64,000 nt of DNA from an uncultured delta proteobacterium (GTDB lineage Bacteria > Myxococcota > UBA727 > VGSZ01), in contig CAVZJB010000012.1 of assembly GCA_963775425.1 (NCBI GenBank), positions 32,001 to 96,000 on the forward strand. The letters are read 5' to 3'. Below are positions 47,304-55,761 of this stretch, in pieces. The notes beneath the pieces were generated by a model. That model was given only the letters and a program-made list of their open reading frames with translations, made no database searches and was not told where the DNA came from. Position 1 is the first letter of the stretch, and each line of letters starts with the position of its first letter. A program made the position numbers and the translations under genes.

Positions 47304-48446
47304 CGCGCTCCTGCGCCGACGTGCGCGCGCTGCTCGGGGGCTACCTGCACGGCGACGTCGCCCCGCTCGAGCGCACCCTCGTGGAGGCGCACCTCGCCCG
47401 CTGCGCGTCGTGCGCGTCGGTGAAGGACGCGCTCGCGGAGGGGCTCCGCGCCGCGCGCATTGGAGCCCGCGATCGACGTCGAGGGCCTCGTCGCGCTGGT
47501 CAGGGCCGCGCCGTCGTCGACGCCGCCGCTCGGCGTCCCCCTCGACGACTCCCTCGGCGTCTCTCTCGACGTCTCCCTCGACGACGTGCCTGGGCGGTCC
47601 CCGCGCCTCCGGCGCGCGCGCCCGTCGCGTCGCTGGGCGTTCGCCGCGGCGCTGGCGTCGGCGTCGGCGCTCGCCGCGTCCTTCGTTGTCGTCGCGCCGC
47701 GCATGCACGCCACGCCGCCCGTGAGCGCCGCGGCGCCGCCCGCGCTGTCGTCGCCCGCGCTGTCGTCGCCCGCGCCGTCGTCGGCCGCGCCGTCGTCGGC
47801 CGCGCCGTCGTCGGCCGCGCCGTCGTCGGCCGCGCCGTCGTCGCCCGCGCCGGAGAGGGCGGCGCTCCCCGCGCCGCACGACGCGCTCGCGCGCCGCGAC
47901 GTCGGCCCGCGCGCGCCGCGCACGCCGTCGCACCACGCCCACCGCGCGCCGCGCGCGCGCCCGCGCGCCACGCCCCCCGACGACGATGGTGGCGCGCGCC
48001 TCGCGCTCGCGACGCCGCCCGCGCCGGCGCCGCCGGAGGCCGCCCTGCGGGAGGCCGGGCTCGACGAGCTGCTGCCGTTGCTCGACGAGGCGGCCCGTCT
48101 CGGGCGCAACGGCGACGGCGTCGAGGCGCTCGCCCGCTATCACGCGCTGGAGTCCGACCCGCGCTTCGCCCGCCACGTCGACCTCATCGCCTACGAGCGC
48201 GCGCGCCTGCAGGGGCTCGTGCTCGGTGACGTCGACATCGCCCGCGCCGAGCTCGCGCGCCTCGCCGCCGAGGGCGCCGGCCACGTCGCCGACGAGGCCG
48301 CGCTCACGCGCTGCGAGGTGGAGCGCACGCGCGCCCCGTGCGCGGCGCTCACCTGCCTCGACGACGTCGCGCACAGCGGCCGCGGCGCCGCGAGCGACGC
48401 CGCCCACCTGCGCGCCCGTTGGGCCGCGTCTTGCCCCGGACGGTGA
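47300..48446 (+). CDS. zf-HC2 anti-sigma-like membrane protein; frameshift at ~47460
   Basis: ATGA overlap with sigma; C...LLGGYLHG...EAHLARCASC; TM segment and helical C-terminus in the +1 frame. Confidence 0.75.
47739..47843 (+). repeat. 7 x 15-bp coding repeat (PALSS/AAPSS)
   Basis: (c/g)ccgcgc(t/c)gtcgtcg units. Confidence 0.9.
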
Positions 48447-48551
48447 CGACGCGCGTTGGTGTGAGGTCGAACTTTGCAAGAGATGCGCCGGAGCGTTTCA
48501 AGGTGAGGCGCTCCGCAGGGACGCGGGCGACGCGCCGGGCGCTTCCCTACG

Positions 48552-49919
48552 ATGGCGAGCGTGCCGTGCTCGCCCGCCCCTGTGTGGAGGAGACCGCTGC
48601 GCCCTCGCAGCGCGGCACGGGTATCGGGCGGCCTCCTGGTCGCTGCGCTGGTGTCGTCGACGCTCGCGTGCCGCCAGGAGATCGATCTGCGCTCGCGCAC
48701 GCGCCTGCGCGCACCGCCGGCGGGGACGCTGCCGACCGTCACCGCGCCGCGCTTCGAGGTCCTCGACGACGACGCGTTCAGCGACGGCGCGCGCTCCGGG
48801 ACGCTGTTCTTCCATGACGGCACCCTCTGGCTCGGCCCGTCCGCCGACGGGCGCCGCGCGCTGCGCTACGACCCGGTCGGCGACGTCCTCGGCGACGTGA
48901 AGTTCTCCATCACCGGCGATCTCGGCTCGGGCAGCAACGCCTCCGGCTCGCCGTACCCCTCGTTCGGCACCGAGGGCTGCCACCCGAACACCGACGCGTG
49001 CGGCCCGGACAACGAGACCGGACCGGTCCTCCTGAACAGCGCCGTGATCGACGGCGCCGAGACGCTCATCGCCGTCGGCGGCAAGGCAGGAGGTGGCTTG
49101 CACGACCTCTACGTCGGCTCCCTCGTGAACGACGTCGCGAGCTTCTCCTTCTTCGACCTCGGCGCCGCGATCGGCAGCCAGGCCAAGGGCGTGTCGTTCG
49201 CGCAACCGCACGGAGGGCACCTCGCGCTCGGCCTGCGCGACCACGGCGCCCACGCGCCGCACATCGTCGATCTGGTGCACGTGCGCCCCGGCGGCGTCGC
49301 CGGCCCCGGTGACATCGACGACCTGCACGGCAACGGCATCGGCGGCGGCCGCGCCATCGACAGCATCCGCGCCGTCGGCGACGTCGCCTACGCCGCCACC
49401 GGCGCCGTCATCGCCCGCAGCGATCGCGGGCTCGACGACCCCGGCTGGGTCGACGCCACGCCCGCGGGCTTCGGCGACGCGGAGTCGCTCGACGTCGACG
49501 GCGCTTCGGCACAGCCGCTGCGCGACCGCGCGGTGCCCGCCTTCGCCACCCTCGACGACGTCGTCGCGTTCGGCCGCAACACCGTCGGCGGGCCGCAACT
49601 GTGGACGTGCCCGCGGCTGTCGTGCGGCGCGGGCGACTGGAGCATGGTGTCGCTCCCCGGCGAGCGCGTGAGCAGCCTCGTCGGCACCGGCGCGACCATG
49701 GTGCTCACCGTCGACGACGCCGCGGGCGCCCAGGTGTTGATCAGCTTCGACGGGCGGCGCTTCGCCACGCTCGACGGCGTCGACGGCCTCGGCACGCGCG
49801 TCCTCGCCACCGCGGCGGCGCGCCTCGCGGGCGACGCCTGGCTGTACGCGCTGGTCGCCGATGACGACGGCCCCGCGCGCCTGGTGCGCGTCCTGCTCCC
49901 GAGCGCCGACGCCGGCTGA
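48552..49919 (+). CDS. Hypothetical lipoprotein, beta-propeller-like
   Basis: Hydrophobic stretch ending TLAC; beta-rich; start uncertain. Confidence 0.7.
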   Translation: MASVPCSPAPVWRRPLRPRSAARVSGGLLVAALVSSTLACRQEIDLRSRTRLRAPPAGTLPTVTAPRFEVLDDDAFSDGARSGTLFFHDGTLWLGPSADGRRALRYDPVGDVLGDVKFSITGDLGSGSNASGSPYPSFGTEGCHPNTDACGPDNETGPVLLNSAVIDGAETLIAVGGKAGGGLHDLYVGSLVNDVASFSFFDLGAAIGSQAKGVSFAQPHGGHLALGLRDHGAHAPHIVDLVHVRPGGVAGPGDIDDLHGNGIGGGRAIDSIRAVGDVAYAATGAVIARSDRGLDDPGWVDATPAGFGDAESLDVDGASAQPLRDRAVPAFATLDDVVAFGRNTVGGPQLWTCPRLSCGAGDWSMVSLPGERVSSLVGTGATMVLTVDDAAGAQVLISFDGRRFATLDGVDGLGTRVLATAAARLAGDAWLYALVADDDGPARLVRVLLPSADAG

Positions 49920-49929
49920 GCGCGCCTCG

Positions 49930-52089
49930 TCAGCCGCCGAGGAAGATGCAGCTCCCGCCGGAGGAGCAGATCATGCCCTCGCAGCAGGCGCGGTGGTCGT
50001 CGCAGGACTCGCCGGCCTGCGCGCACTCCGAGGTGAGGCAGCGGGCGGTGCCGGTGCCGTCGTCGACGCAGAGGCCCTGACAGCAGTCTGCGTCGAGCTG
50101 GCAGATCTGGCCGTCGTCCGCGCACACGGAGCCCGGCGGCAGGCACTGCAGTTGGCCGCTGCCGTCGTCGACGCAGTTGAGGCCGTCGCAGCAGTCGGCG
50201 TCGGCGGCGCAGACGTCGCCGGTGAGCGCGCACGCGTCGTCGGGCGGCACGCACTGCGCGACGCCGTTCACGGGACGGCAGAGGCCGTCGCCGCAGCAGG
50301 CGGCGTCGGAGTCGCACAGGCCGCCGGTCTCCGCGCAGGGCTTGGGCGCGAAGAACGACGAGAGGTTCTCGCTGTCCTCGCTCTGGCCGGGGAGCCAGAA
50401 CGCGGGGTGCGACGGGTCGACGCCGCTCGACGGGTCCGCGGTCTCGTCGACGGCGGCGACCCAGACCTGCGGGCGGTCCTGACCGCGGATGTGATGCCCG
50501 TAGTCGCGCCGCGAATAGAAGGCGATCCACATGTAGCCGCCCTCGACCTTGGGGTTGAACGTGGGCGCGTAGCCCGAGTGCGAGGGGTTCGCGCGCTGGA
50601 GCATCACGCGCGGCGCATCGCCGCTTGGGTCCGCCGCCGACGCGAGCATGAGGTCCGCGGGCGTGGTGGAGCGCGACGCGGTGCCGAACGCGAACGCCAC
50701 GAGGCGCCCGTCGGGCGAAAACGACGGGAAGTAGATGGTGGCGCCGTTGCCGGGCACCAGGGTGCGCACGTTCGAGATGGTGCGCGCGACGGGGTCGACG
50801 TCGGCGACGTCGAGGTCGCTCGAGTTGAAGTCGATCTCCCAGCCGGGCACCGCGCCGTCCTGGCGGATGTTGGCGGCGAAGGCGAGCTGGGTGCCGGTGG
50901 GCGAGAAGCTCGGCTGCGACGCGTCGATGCCGAGGTCTGTGAAGCCGGGCACGACGCCGCCGGTGACGCCGTCGCGCAGCGTGAGGCGGTTTTGGAAGTT
51001 GGTGACGAGGAGCGAGCCGTCGGGGTTGAGCGCCGAGAAGTTCCAGGCGCGCCCGGGCTCGTCGAGGAGCACCGGCGTCCCGTCGGCGCCGATGACGCCG
51101 CCGGCGCCGTTTCCGCCGTTGTAGGTGAAGCTCATCTTCTGCCCGTTGGCGGACAGCGAGTGGCAGGCGCGGCAGCCGGTGTCGGCGGGATCCTGCGAGG
51201 GGATGGCGAGGTCGATGGGGTCGAGGCTGTCGGCGTCGATGCGCACGATGCGGCCGCGGTCCACGGCCCAGTAGTAGACGGTGGACGTGAGGTCCGCGGC
51301 GGCGAGGTTCACCGTGATGGTGCGCCGGGCGATCTCCTGGCCGGGCCCGTCGGTCTCCTCGACGGTGAGCGTGAAGCTCGCGCCCACGTGGGCGAGCAGG
51401 AAGCGCCGCCATGCGTCCGCCGACGGCACCGCCTCGTTGGCGTCGGTGTAGATGTCGAGCGAGCCGAACGCGCCGGAGAGCGCGAGGTGCGCGCGCGCGT
51501 GGCTCTTGTCCCACTGCACGTCCATGGGCGCGAGGTTGGCGGGGATGACGACGCCGTCCTCGGGGTACAGCAGCGACAGCGGCGTCGACGACACCGCGCC
51601 CGTAAAGTCGCCGGGGCTCGAGGCGCCGCCGGCGGTGATGACCTCGTGCAGGTGCACGGACACCGTGGTGGTGCCCTCGAGACCGCCGGCGCGCGCGCGC
51701 ACGAGGCAGTCGCCGGCGCGCTCGCGTGAGGGCGTGAACAGGCCGGTCTGATCGACGGTGCCGACGGCGGTGTCGAGGCTGCCCCAGAACGCGCCCGGCG
51801 CCGGCGTCTGCGCGCCCGCGTCGTCGACGAGGAACGCCTGGAGCTGCTGCGTCTCGGCGCCGCCCACGGTGGCGTCGAGCACCGGGTGGTCCGGCGTGAT
51901 GACGAGCGCGACATAGTGCGGCCCGGGGTCTCCCTCGCCCTCGCCTTCGCCCTCGCCTTCGCCTTCGCCCTCGCCGGCGACGTCGTGGCCGGGGCCCTTG
52001 TGCGCGCCGCCGGGCTTGTCGGCGCAGCCGTCGCAGGACATGGAGAGGAACGGGATTGCGAGCACGAGGGGGAGAGCGCGCAGGAGCAT
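49930..52089 (-). CDS. TolB/PD40-like lipoprotein with Ig-like domain, (GE)7 linker and Cys-rich tail (paralogue of 38806-40891)
   Basis: ATG 52089; SMSCDGC; VYYWAV, CRACH, QPSFSPTG, FPSFSPDG, WIAFYSRRDYG, VDPSHPAFWLPGQ; Cx6Cx5CC tail repeats. Confidence 0.88.
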   Translation of the reverse strand: MLLRALPLVLAIPFLSMSCDGCADKPGGAHKGPGHDVAGEGEGEGEGEGEGEGDPGPHYVALVITPDHPVLDATVGGAETQQLQAFLVDDAGAQTPAPGAFWGSLDTAVGTVDQTGLFTPSRERAGDCLVRARAGGLEGTTTVSVHLHEVITAGGASSPGDFTGAVSSTPLSLLYPEDGVVIPANLAPMDVQWDKSHARAHLALSGAFGSLDIYTDANEAVPSADAWRRFLLAHVGASFTLTVEETDGPGQEIARRTITVNLAAADLTSTVYYWAVDRGRIVRIDADSLDPIDLAIPSQDPADTGCRACHSLSANGQKMSFTYNGGNGAGGVIGADGTPVLLDEPGRAWNFSALNPDGSLLVTNFQNRLTLRDGVTGGVVPGFTDLGIDASQPSFSPTGTQLAFAANIRQDGAVPGWEIDFNSSDLDVADVDPVARTISNVRTLVPGNGATIYFPSFSPDGRLVAFAFGTASRSTTPADLMLASAADPSGDAPRVMLQRANPSHSGYAPTFNPKVEGGYMWIAFYSRRDYGHHIRGQDRPQVWVAAVDETADPSSGVDPSHPAFWLPGQSEDSENLSSFFAPKPCAETGGLCDSDAACCGDGLCRPVNGVAQCVPPDDACALTGDVCAADADCCDGLNCVDDGSGQLQCLPPGSVCADDGQICQLDADCCQGLCVDDGTGTARCLTSECAQAGESCDDHRACCEGMICSSGGSCIFLGG
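51934..51975 (-). repeat. (GGCGAR)7 tract encoding (GE)7
   Basis: Counted directly. Confidence 0.9.
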
Positions 52090-52138
52090 GCGCCCCTCAT
52101 GCCGCCCGCGCGCGTAGGACAAAAGGGGGATCTCCGCG

Positions 52139-52705
52139 ATGGGGTACAAAGGGGAGGTGACGCCGGAGACGCTCGCCAGGATGTGCCCGGGGCTGCCCCT
52201 CGACAAGGCCCGCGCGGTCGCGCCGCACCTCGACCAGGCGATGGAGGAGGCGGGCATCGACACGCCCGCGCGCCAGGCGGCGTTCATCGCGCAGGTGGGG
52301 CACGAGAGCGGCAACTTCAAGTACAGCGAGGAGATCGCGAGCGGCGCCGCCTACGAGGGCCGCCGCGACCTGGGCAACACGCACCCCGGCGACGGCGTGC
52401 GCTACAAGGGCCGCGGCTACATCCAGCTCACCGGGCGCGCCAACTACGAAGCCGCCGGCCGCGCCCTCGGCCTCGACGTCGTCAACCACCCCGAGCTCGC
52501 GGCGCAGCCGCACAACGCCGCGCGCATCGCGTGTTGGTATTGGAGCTCGCGCGGCCTGAACGCCAAGGCCGACGCCGGCGACTTCGACGGCATCACCCGC
52601 GCCATCAACGGCGGGGTCAACGGCAAGGCCGACCGCGACCGGCGCTACCGGCTCGCCCTCTCCGTGCTCGCGCCCGGCGACGCCGATCCCGAAGAGTCCC
52701 TATAG
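52139..52705 (+). CDS. Glycoside hydrolase family 19 (chitinase/endolysin-like)
   Basis: FIAQVGHESG...EE, GDGVRYKGRGYIQLTGRANY, TRAINGG. Confidence 0.93.
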   Translation: MGYKGEVTPETLARMCPGLPLDKARAVAPHLDQAMEEAGIDTPARQAAFIAQVGHESGNFKYSEEIASGAAYEGRRDLGNTHPGDGVRYKGRGYIQLTGRANYEAAGRALGLDVVNHPELAAQPHNAARIACWYWSSRGLNAKADAGDFDGITRAINGGVNGKADRDRRYRLALSVLAPGDADPEESL

Positions 52706-52894
52706 GGACAATTCCTTGGCGACCCGCAGGATTATCCCGAAACGGATAGTTTGCTTTGTCATGCGTGAATGATCCGTAAAGCTCTCGCTCGCGGGGCTGC
52801 GCGTTGCGCACTCGCGGAGTCTTGCCGCGTCGCCGCCTGCCGCCGCGCGGACCACGAGGTCAAGGCTCGCGTCGTTCCACGCTTCGTCGAGCGT

Positions 52895-53464
52895 CTACCT
52901 CAGGTTGAAGAACGACTCCTTGCCGAGGTGGGGCAGGACCTTCTTCGCCAGGGCATCGAGGTCTCCGTGGCCGAGGGGCCACGACCAGCCGCCGTCGCCC
53001 CGGTATGTCATCCGCTCGACATGGAACCCGCGGCGGCCCGCGTCGTCGAGGACGAAGCGGACGACGGGCAGGTAGCGCCCACGAAGCAGCCAATCCTCGC
53101 GCCCGCCCCGGAGGCCGAACGGCGAGAGCGCCTCCAGGTCGATGGTGAGCCGCTCCGGCTCGAAGACGACGAGCGCCTTGTCCTTCTCGCTCGCCTCGAC
53201 CCGATACGCGGTGAGCCCGAGCGCGGCGAGCTCGCGGCGCACCGACTCCTCCTCGTCCGCCAAGAGGACGCGCGCGCGGCATTTCACCAGGCTCACCACC
53301 GCGCTCGCGACGCTCTCCGTCACCTCGTAGCCTTCGGGCACCGCGCCGAGGGCGCCCTCGCCGACGTCGCGCGCGAACACGTAGCGAGGCTTGCCGTTCT
53401 TGCTGCGGCGCTCGTGCAGGTAGAACGTGACGCCCTTGCGGTTGGTGTGGCTGAACGGCGTCAT
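52895..53464 (-). CDS. Hypothetical protein
   Basis: HTNRKGVTFYLH...KNGKPRYVF...VPEGYEV N-terminal module; GC3-rich. Confidence 0.75.
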   Translation of the reverse strand: MTPFSHTNRKGVTFYLHERRSKNGKPRYVFARDVGEGALGAVPEGYEVTESVASAVVSLVKCRARVLLADEEESVRRELAALGLTAYRVEASEKDKALVVFEPERLTIDLEALSPFGLRGGREDWLLRGRYLPVVRFVLDDAGRRGFHVERMTYRGDGGWSWPLGHGDLDALAKKVLPHLGKESFFNLR

Positions 53465-53592
53465 GCGGCACCGCGGTCGGGCGGAAGCGCGCCGGCGATC
53501 TCATCGACGTCGTCGAGGTGCCGTGGCACCTCGAGGAGCTCGGGCCATAGCGTCTCGTCTTCCTTCGCGCGCTGAAGACGGGCTGCATCCAT
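53461..53592 (-). CDS. Small 43-aa ORF or gene remnant
   Basis: MDAARLQRAKEDETLWPELLEVPRHLDDVDEIAGALPPDRGAA*; ATGA overlap with the next gene. Confidence 0.35.
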   Translation of the reverse strand: MDAARLQRAKEDETLWPELLEVPRHLDDVDEIAGALPPDRGAA

Positions 53593-53902
53593 CAGGGGAA
53601 GCTCGGCCAGTGTGTCGAGCCCTGCAAGAGGGCGCGCGGGATGCGCTCCAGCTCAGGGTCCGCGCGAGCGCGCCGCGTTGGTGCGCGCGAGGCTATGCGA
53701 GAGACCAGGGAATCCGTACGGCCTCGATGTCCGGGCGCTGTCCCGCGACTCAGCGATCGAACGAGCGCCGGGCGCACCAACGACGACGCGCTCGCGGGTC
53801 ACGCCGGTTTCACGGGACGTTGCCGACGATGAGAGGGGTCGGCGGGCGCGCTGACGTCACCGAAGCGCCGCGCGGCAGAGCTCCGGCCGCGCCCAAGCGG
53901 TG

Positions 53903-53925
53903 TGCAACAAATGTTGCAGTTGACC
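53903..53925 (+). promoter_or_regulatory. Palindrome TGCAACA-AA-TGTTGCA next to TTGACC; candidate operator/promoter of the WYL gene
   Basis: Perfect 7-bp inverted repeat, AT-rich against GC-rich background. Confidence 0.5.
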
Positions 53926-55014
53926 CCCGACGGCGCGTTCGGCGAGCGTCGGTCGCTGGGGGACAAGCTGGCCAAGCGAGACAAGCACGGCGCGCTCGCG
54001 AACACGGTGCGCCTCATCCAGCTCCTGCGCGGGAGGAGGCGAGGGTTGCGGGTGCGCCGGCTCGTCGACGAGCTCGGCGTGGGCCGGTCGAGCGTGTACC
54101 GCTACCTCGCGAGCCTCGAGCAGGGGCAGGTGCCGATCCGCCGGGAGAACCGCAACGGCGAGGCGTGGGTGGTGCTCGACGAAGTCGCCGGGGACCTCAC
54201 CGACGAGCAGCTCTGGGCGATCGCCGTCGCCCGCAGGCTCCTGCGCGGCCTCGAGGGCACGCCGGTCGCCACGGCGCTCGATCGCCTGGTGGCAGGGGTG
54301 GGCGACGTCAAGCTCGACGTCCGGCCGCCGGCGCCCCACGACAGCGTCGTCGCCGCCCGCGTCATCGACGCCATCCGCCGCCGCCGGCGCCTCGCGATCC
54401 GCTACCGGGGGCTGCGCGACGAGGAGCCCCGCGAGCGGGTCATCGAGCCCGTCGGGCTGCACGTCGCCGCGGGCGCCTGGTACCTCACCGCCTTCGACGT
54501 CGGCGCCGACGAGCCGCGCACGTTCAAGCTCGCCCGGTTCACGTCGGCGGCGGTGACGTCCGAGCGCGTGGCGGAGCGCGACGTCGACGTCGAGCGCATC
54601 TACGCGCAGAGCGTCGCCGTATGGTGCGGCGACCCCGTCGCCGTCGCCGTGCGCTTGACCGGCGAAGCGGCGCGGTTCGTCGACGAGTATCCGCTGCATC
54701 CGCAGCAGGTCGTCGAGCGGGACGGCGACGGCGTGGTCGTCCGCGCGACGGTCGCGGGCCTCGAGGAGGTGACGCGGTGGGTGCTCCGCTGGGGCCGGAG
54801 CGCGCTGGCGCTCGAGCCCCGGGCCTTGGTGGCGCGGGTCCGCTCGGAGATCGACGGCGCCGCGGCCGCCTACGGCGCCGGGTCGTCCGACACGTCCGGA
54901 CACGAATCGCCTGAAGCTGCACTTGTGCCGGGGAGGCTCGCCTCCAGCGCCAACAGGGCGACCGACATCTTGGGGGCGCGTGCCACGCGCACCGGGAGGA
55001 GACATTCGTCGTGA
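53911..55014 (+). CDS. HTH-WYL-WCX transcriptional regulator
   Basis: LVDELGVGRSSVYRYLASL (HTH); LAIRYRG...RVIEPVGL...AWYLTAFD...RTFKLARF; WVLRWG...LEP..L; start could be 53902, 53911 or CTG 53968. Confidence 0.9.
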   Translation: MLQLTPDGAFGERRSLGDKLAKRDKHGALANTVRLIQLLRGRRRGLRVRRLVDELGVGRSSVYRYLASLEQGQVPIRRENRNGEAWVVLDEVAGDLTDEQLWAIAVARRLLRGLEGTPVATALDRLVAGVGDVKLDVRPPAPHDSVVAARVIDAIRRRRRLAIRYRGLRDEEPRERVIEPVGLHVAAGAWYLTAFDVGADEPRTFKLARFTSAAVTSERVAERDVDVERIYAQSVAVWCGDPVAVAVRLTGEAARFVDEYPLHPQQVVERDGDGVVVRATVAGLEEVTRWVLRWGRSALALEPRALVARVRSEIDGAAAAYGAGSSDTSGHESPEAALVPGRLASSANRATDILGARATRTGRRHSS

Positions 55015-55171
55015 CGGGGCAGTCTCACGGCTCGTTAGGGAGAGCTCAGGCACCGGGTTGCTCATCGCTGCCACGCTGCCCGGAGCTCGTGGGTGTCTGC
55101 GCGACAGCGCTCTATGCGCCGACAGGGTCGGTCTATACGGGGGAGCTGGTGACGCAGCCCCTCATGACCGT

Positions 55172-55720
55172 CTATTTCGTCGAGCCACTCCGCACGCCCG
55201 ACGGCGACGCCTCTCGAATAAGCTGCCCGTGGGCGAAGTCTGAGGCGAGCACGATGCGTGCGCACGCAGCAGCGTCCGAGCTGGCATCGTGGTGTACGAG
55301 CGCAATCGAGAGGTGCGCGCAAACCGTTGGCAGCCGCGCGTCCGGGAGCACCCACGTGTTCCGCGCAAGCTCCGCAGTGCAGAGCCATGGGAGACGCGGT
55401 GGAGTGACTCCCGCGCGCGCGCACAAGGTCCAGAGCACACGCCGATCGAACGCTGCGTGGTGGGCCGCGACAAACCGGGCACCGACAAGGAGCGGCGCCA
55501 GCCGGTGCCACGCGTCAACGAACGGGCCCGCTTCCTCGAGCGTCGCGCGCGGAGGGGCAGGAAGGGCGTGGCGACGAGGCCAGCGGTGCGGGGTGAATAT
55601 CTCGGTGCGCGGCTCTTCCACGTTGCGGTGCTCGACGCGAGCGATGGCCACGCACCACGCCGTGTCGGCGTGCAGCGAAAGAGTCTCGAAGTCGATCGCG
55701 ACAAACGCATCCATCGACAT
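55172..55720 (-). CDS. DnaQ-like DEDDh 3'-5' exonuclease
   Basis: FVAIDFET, VAAHHAAFD, WLCT, HHDASSDA. Confidence 0.82.
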   Translation of the reverse strand: MSMDAFVAIDFETLSLHADTAWCVAIARVEHRNVEEPRTEIFTPHRWPRRHALPAPPRATLEEAGPFVDAWHRLAPLLVGARFVAAHHAAFDRRVLWTLCARAGVTPPRLPWLCTAELARNTWVLPDARLPTVCAHLSIALVHHDASSDAAACARIVLASDFAHGQLIREASPSGVRSGSTK

Positions 55721-55761
55721 CAGTCTGCACGAACGCGGCGCGCGCCGCTGCGGAGGCCCTT

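Noticed and set aside
53593-55760. CRISPR array or leader upstream of cas3
   Set aside because: No regularly spaced ~29-bp repeats seen; the array probably lies beyond the window end
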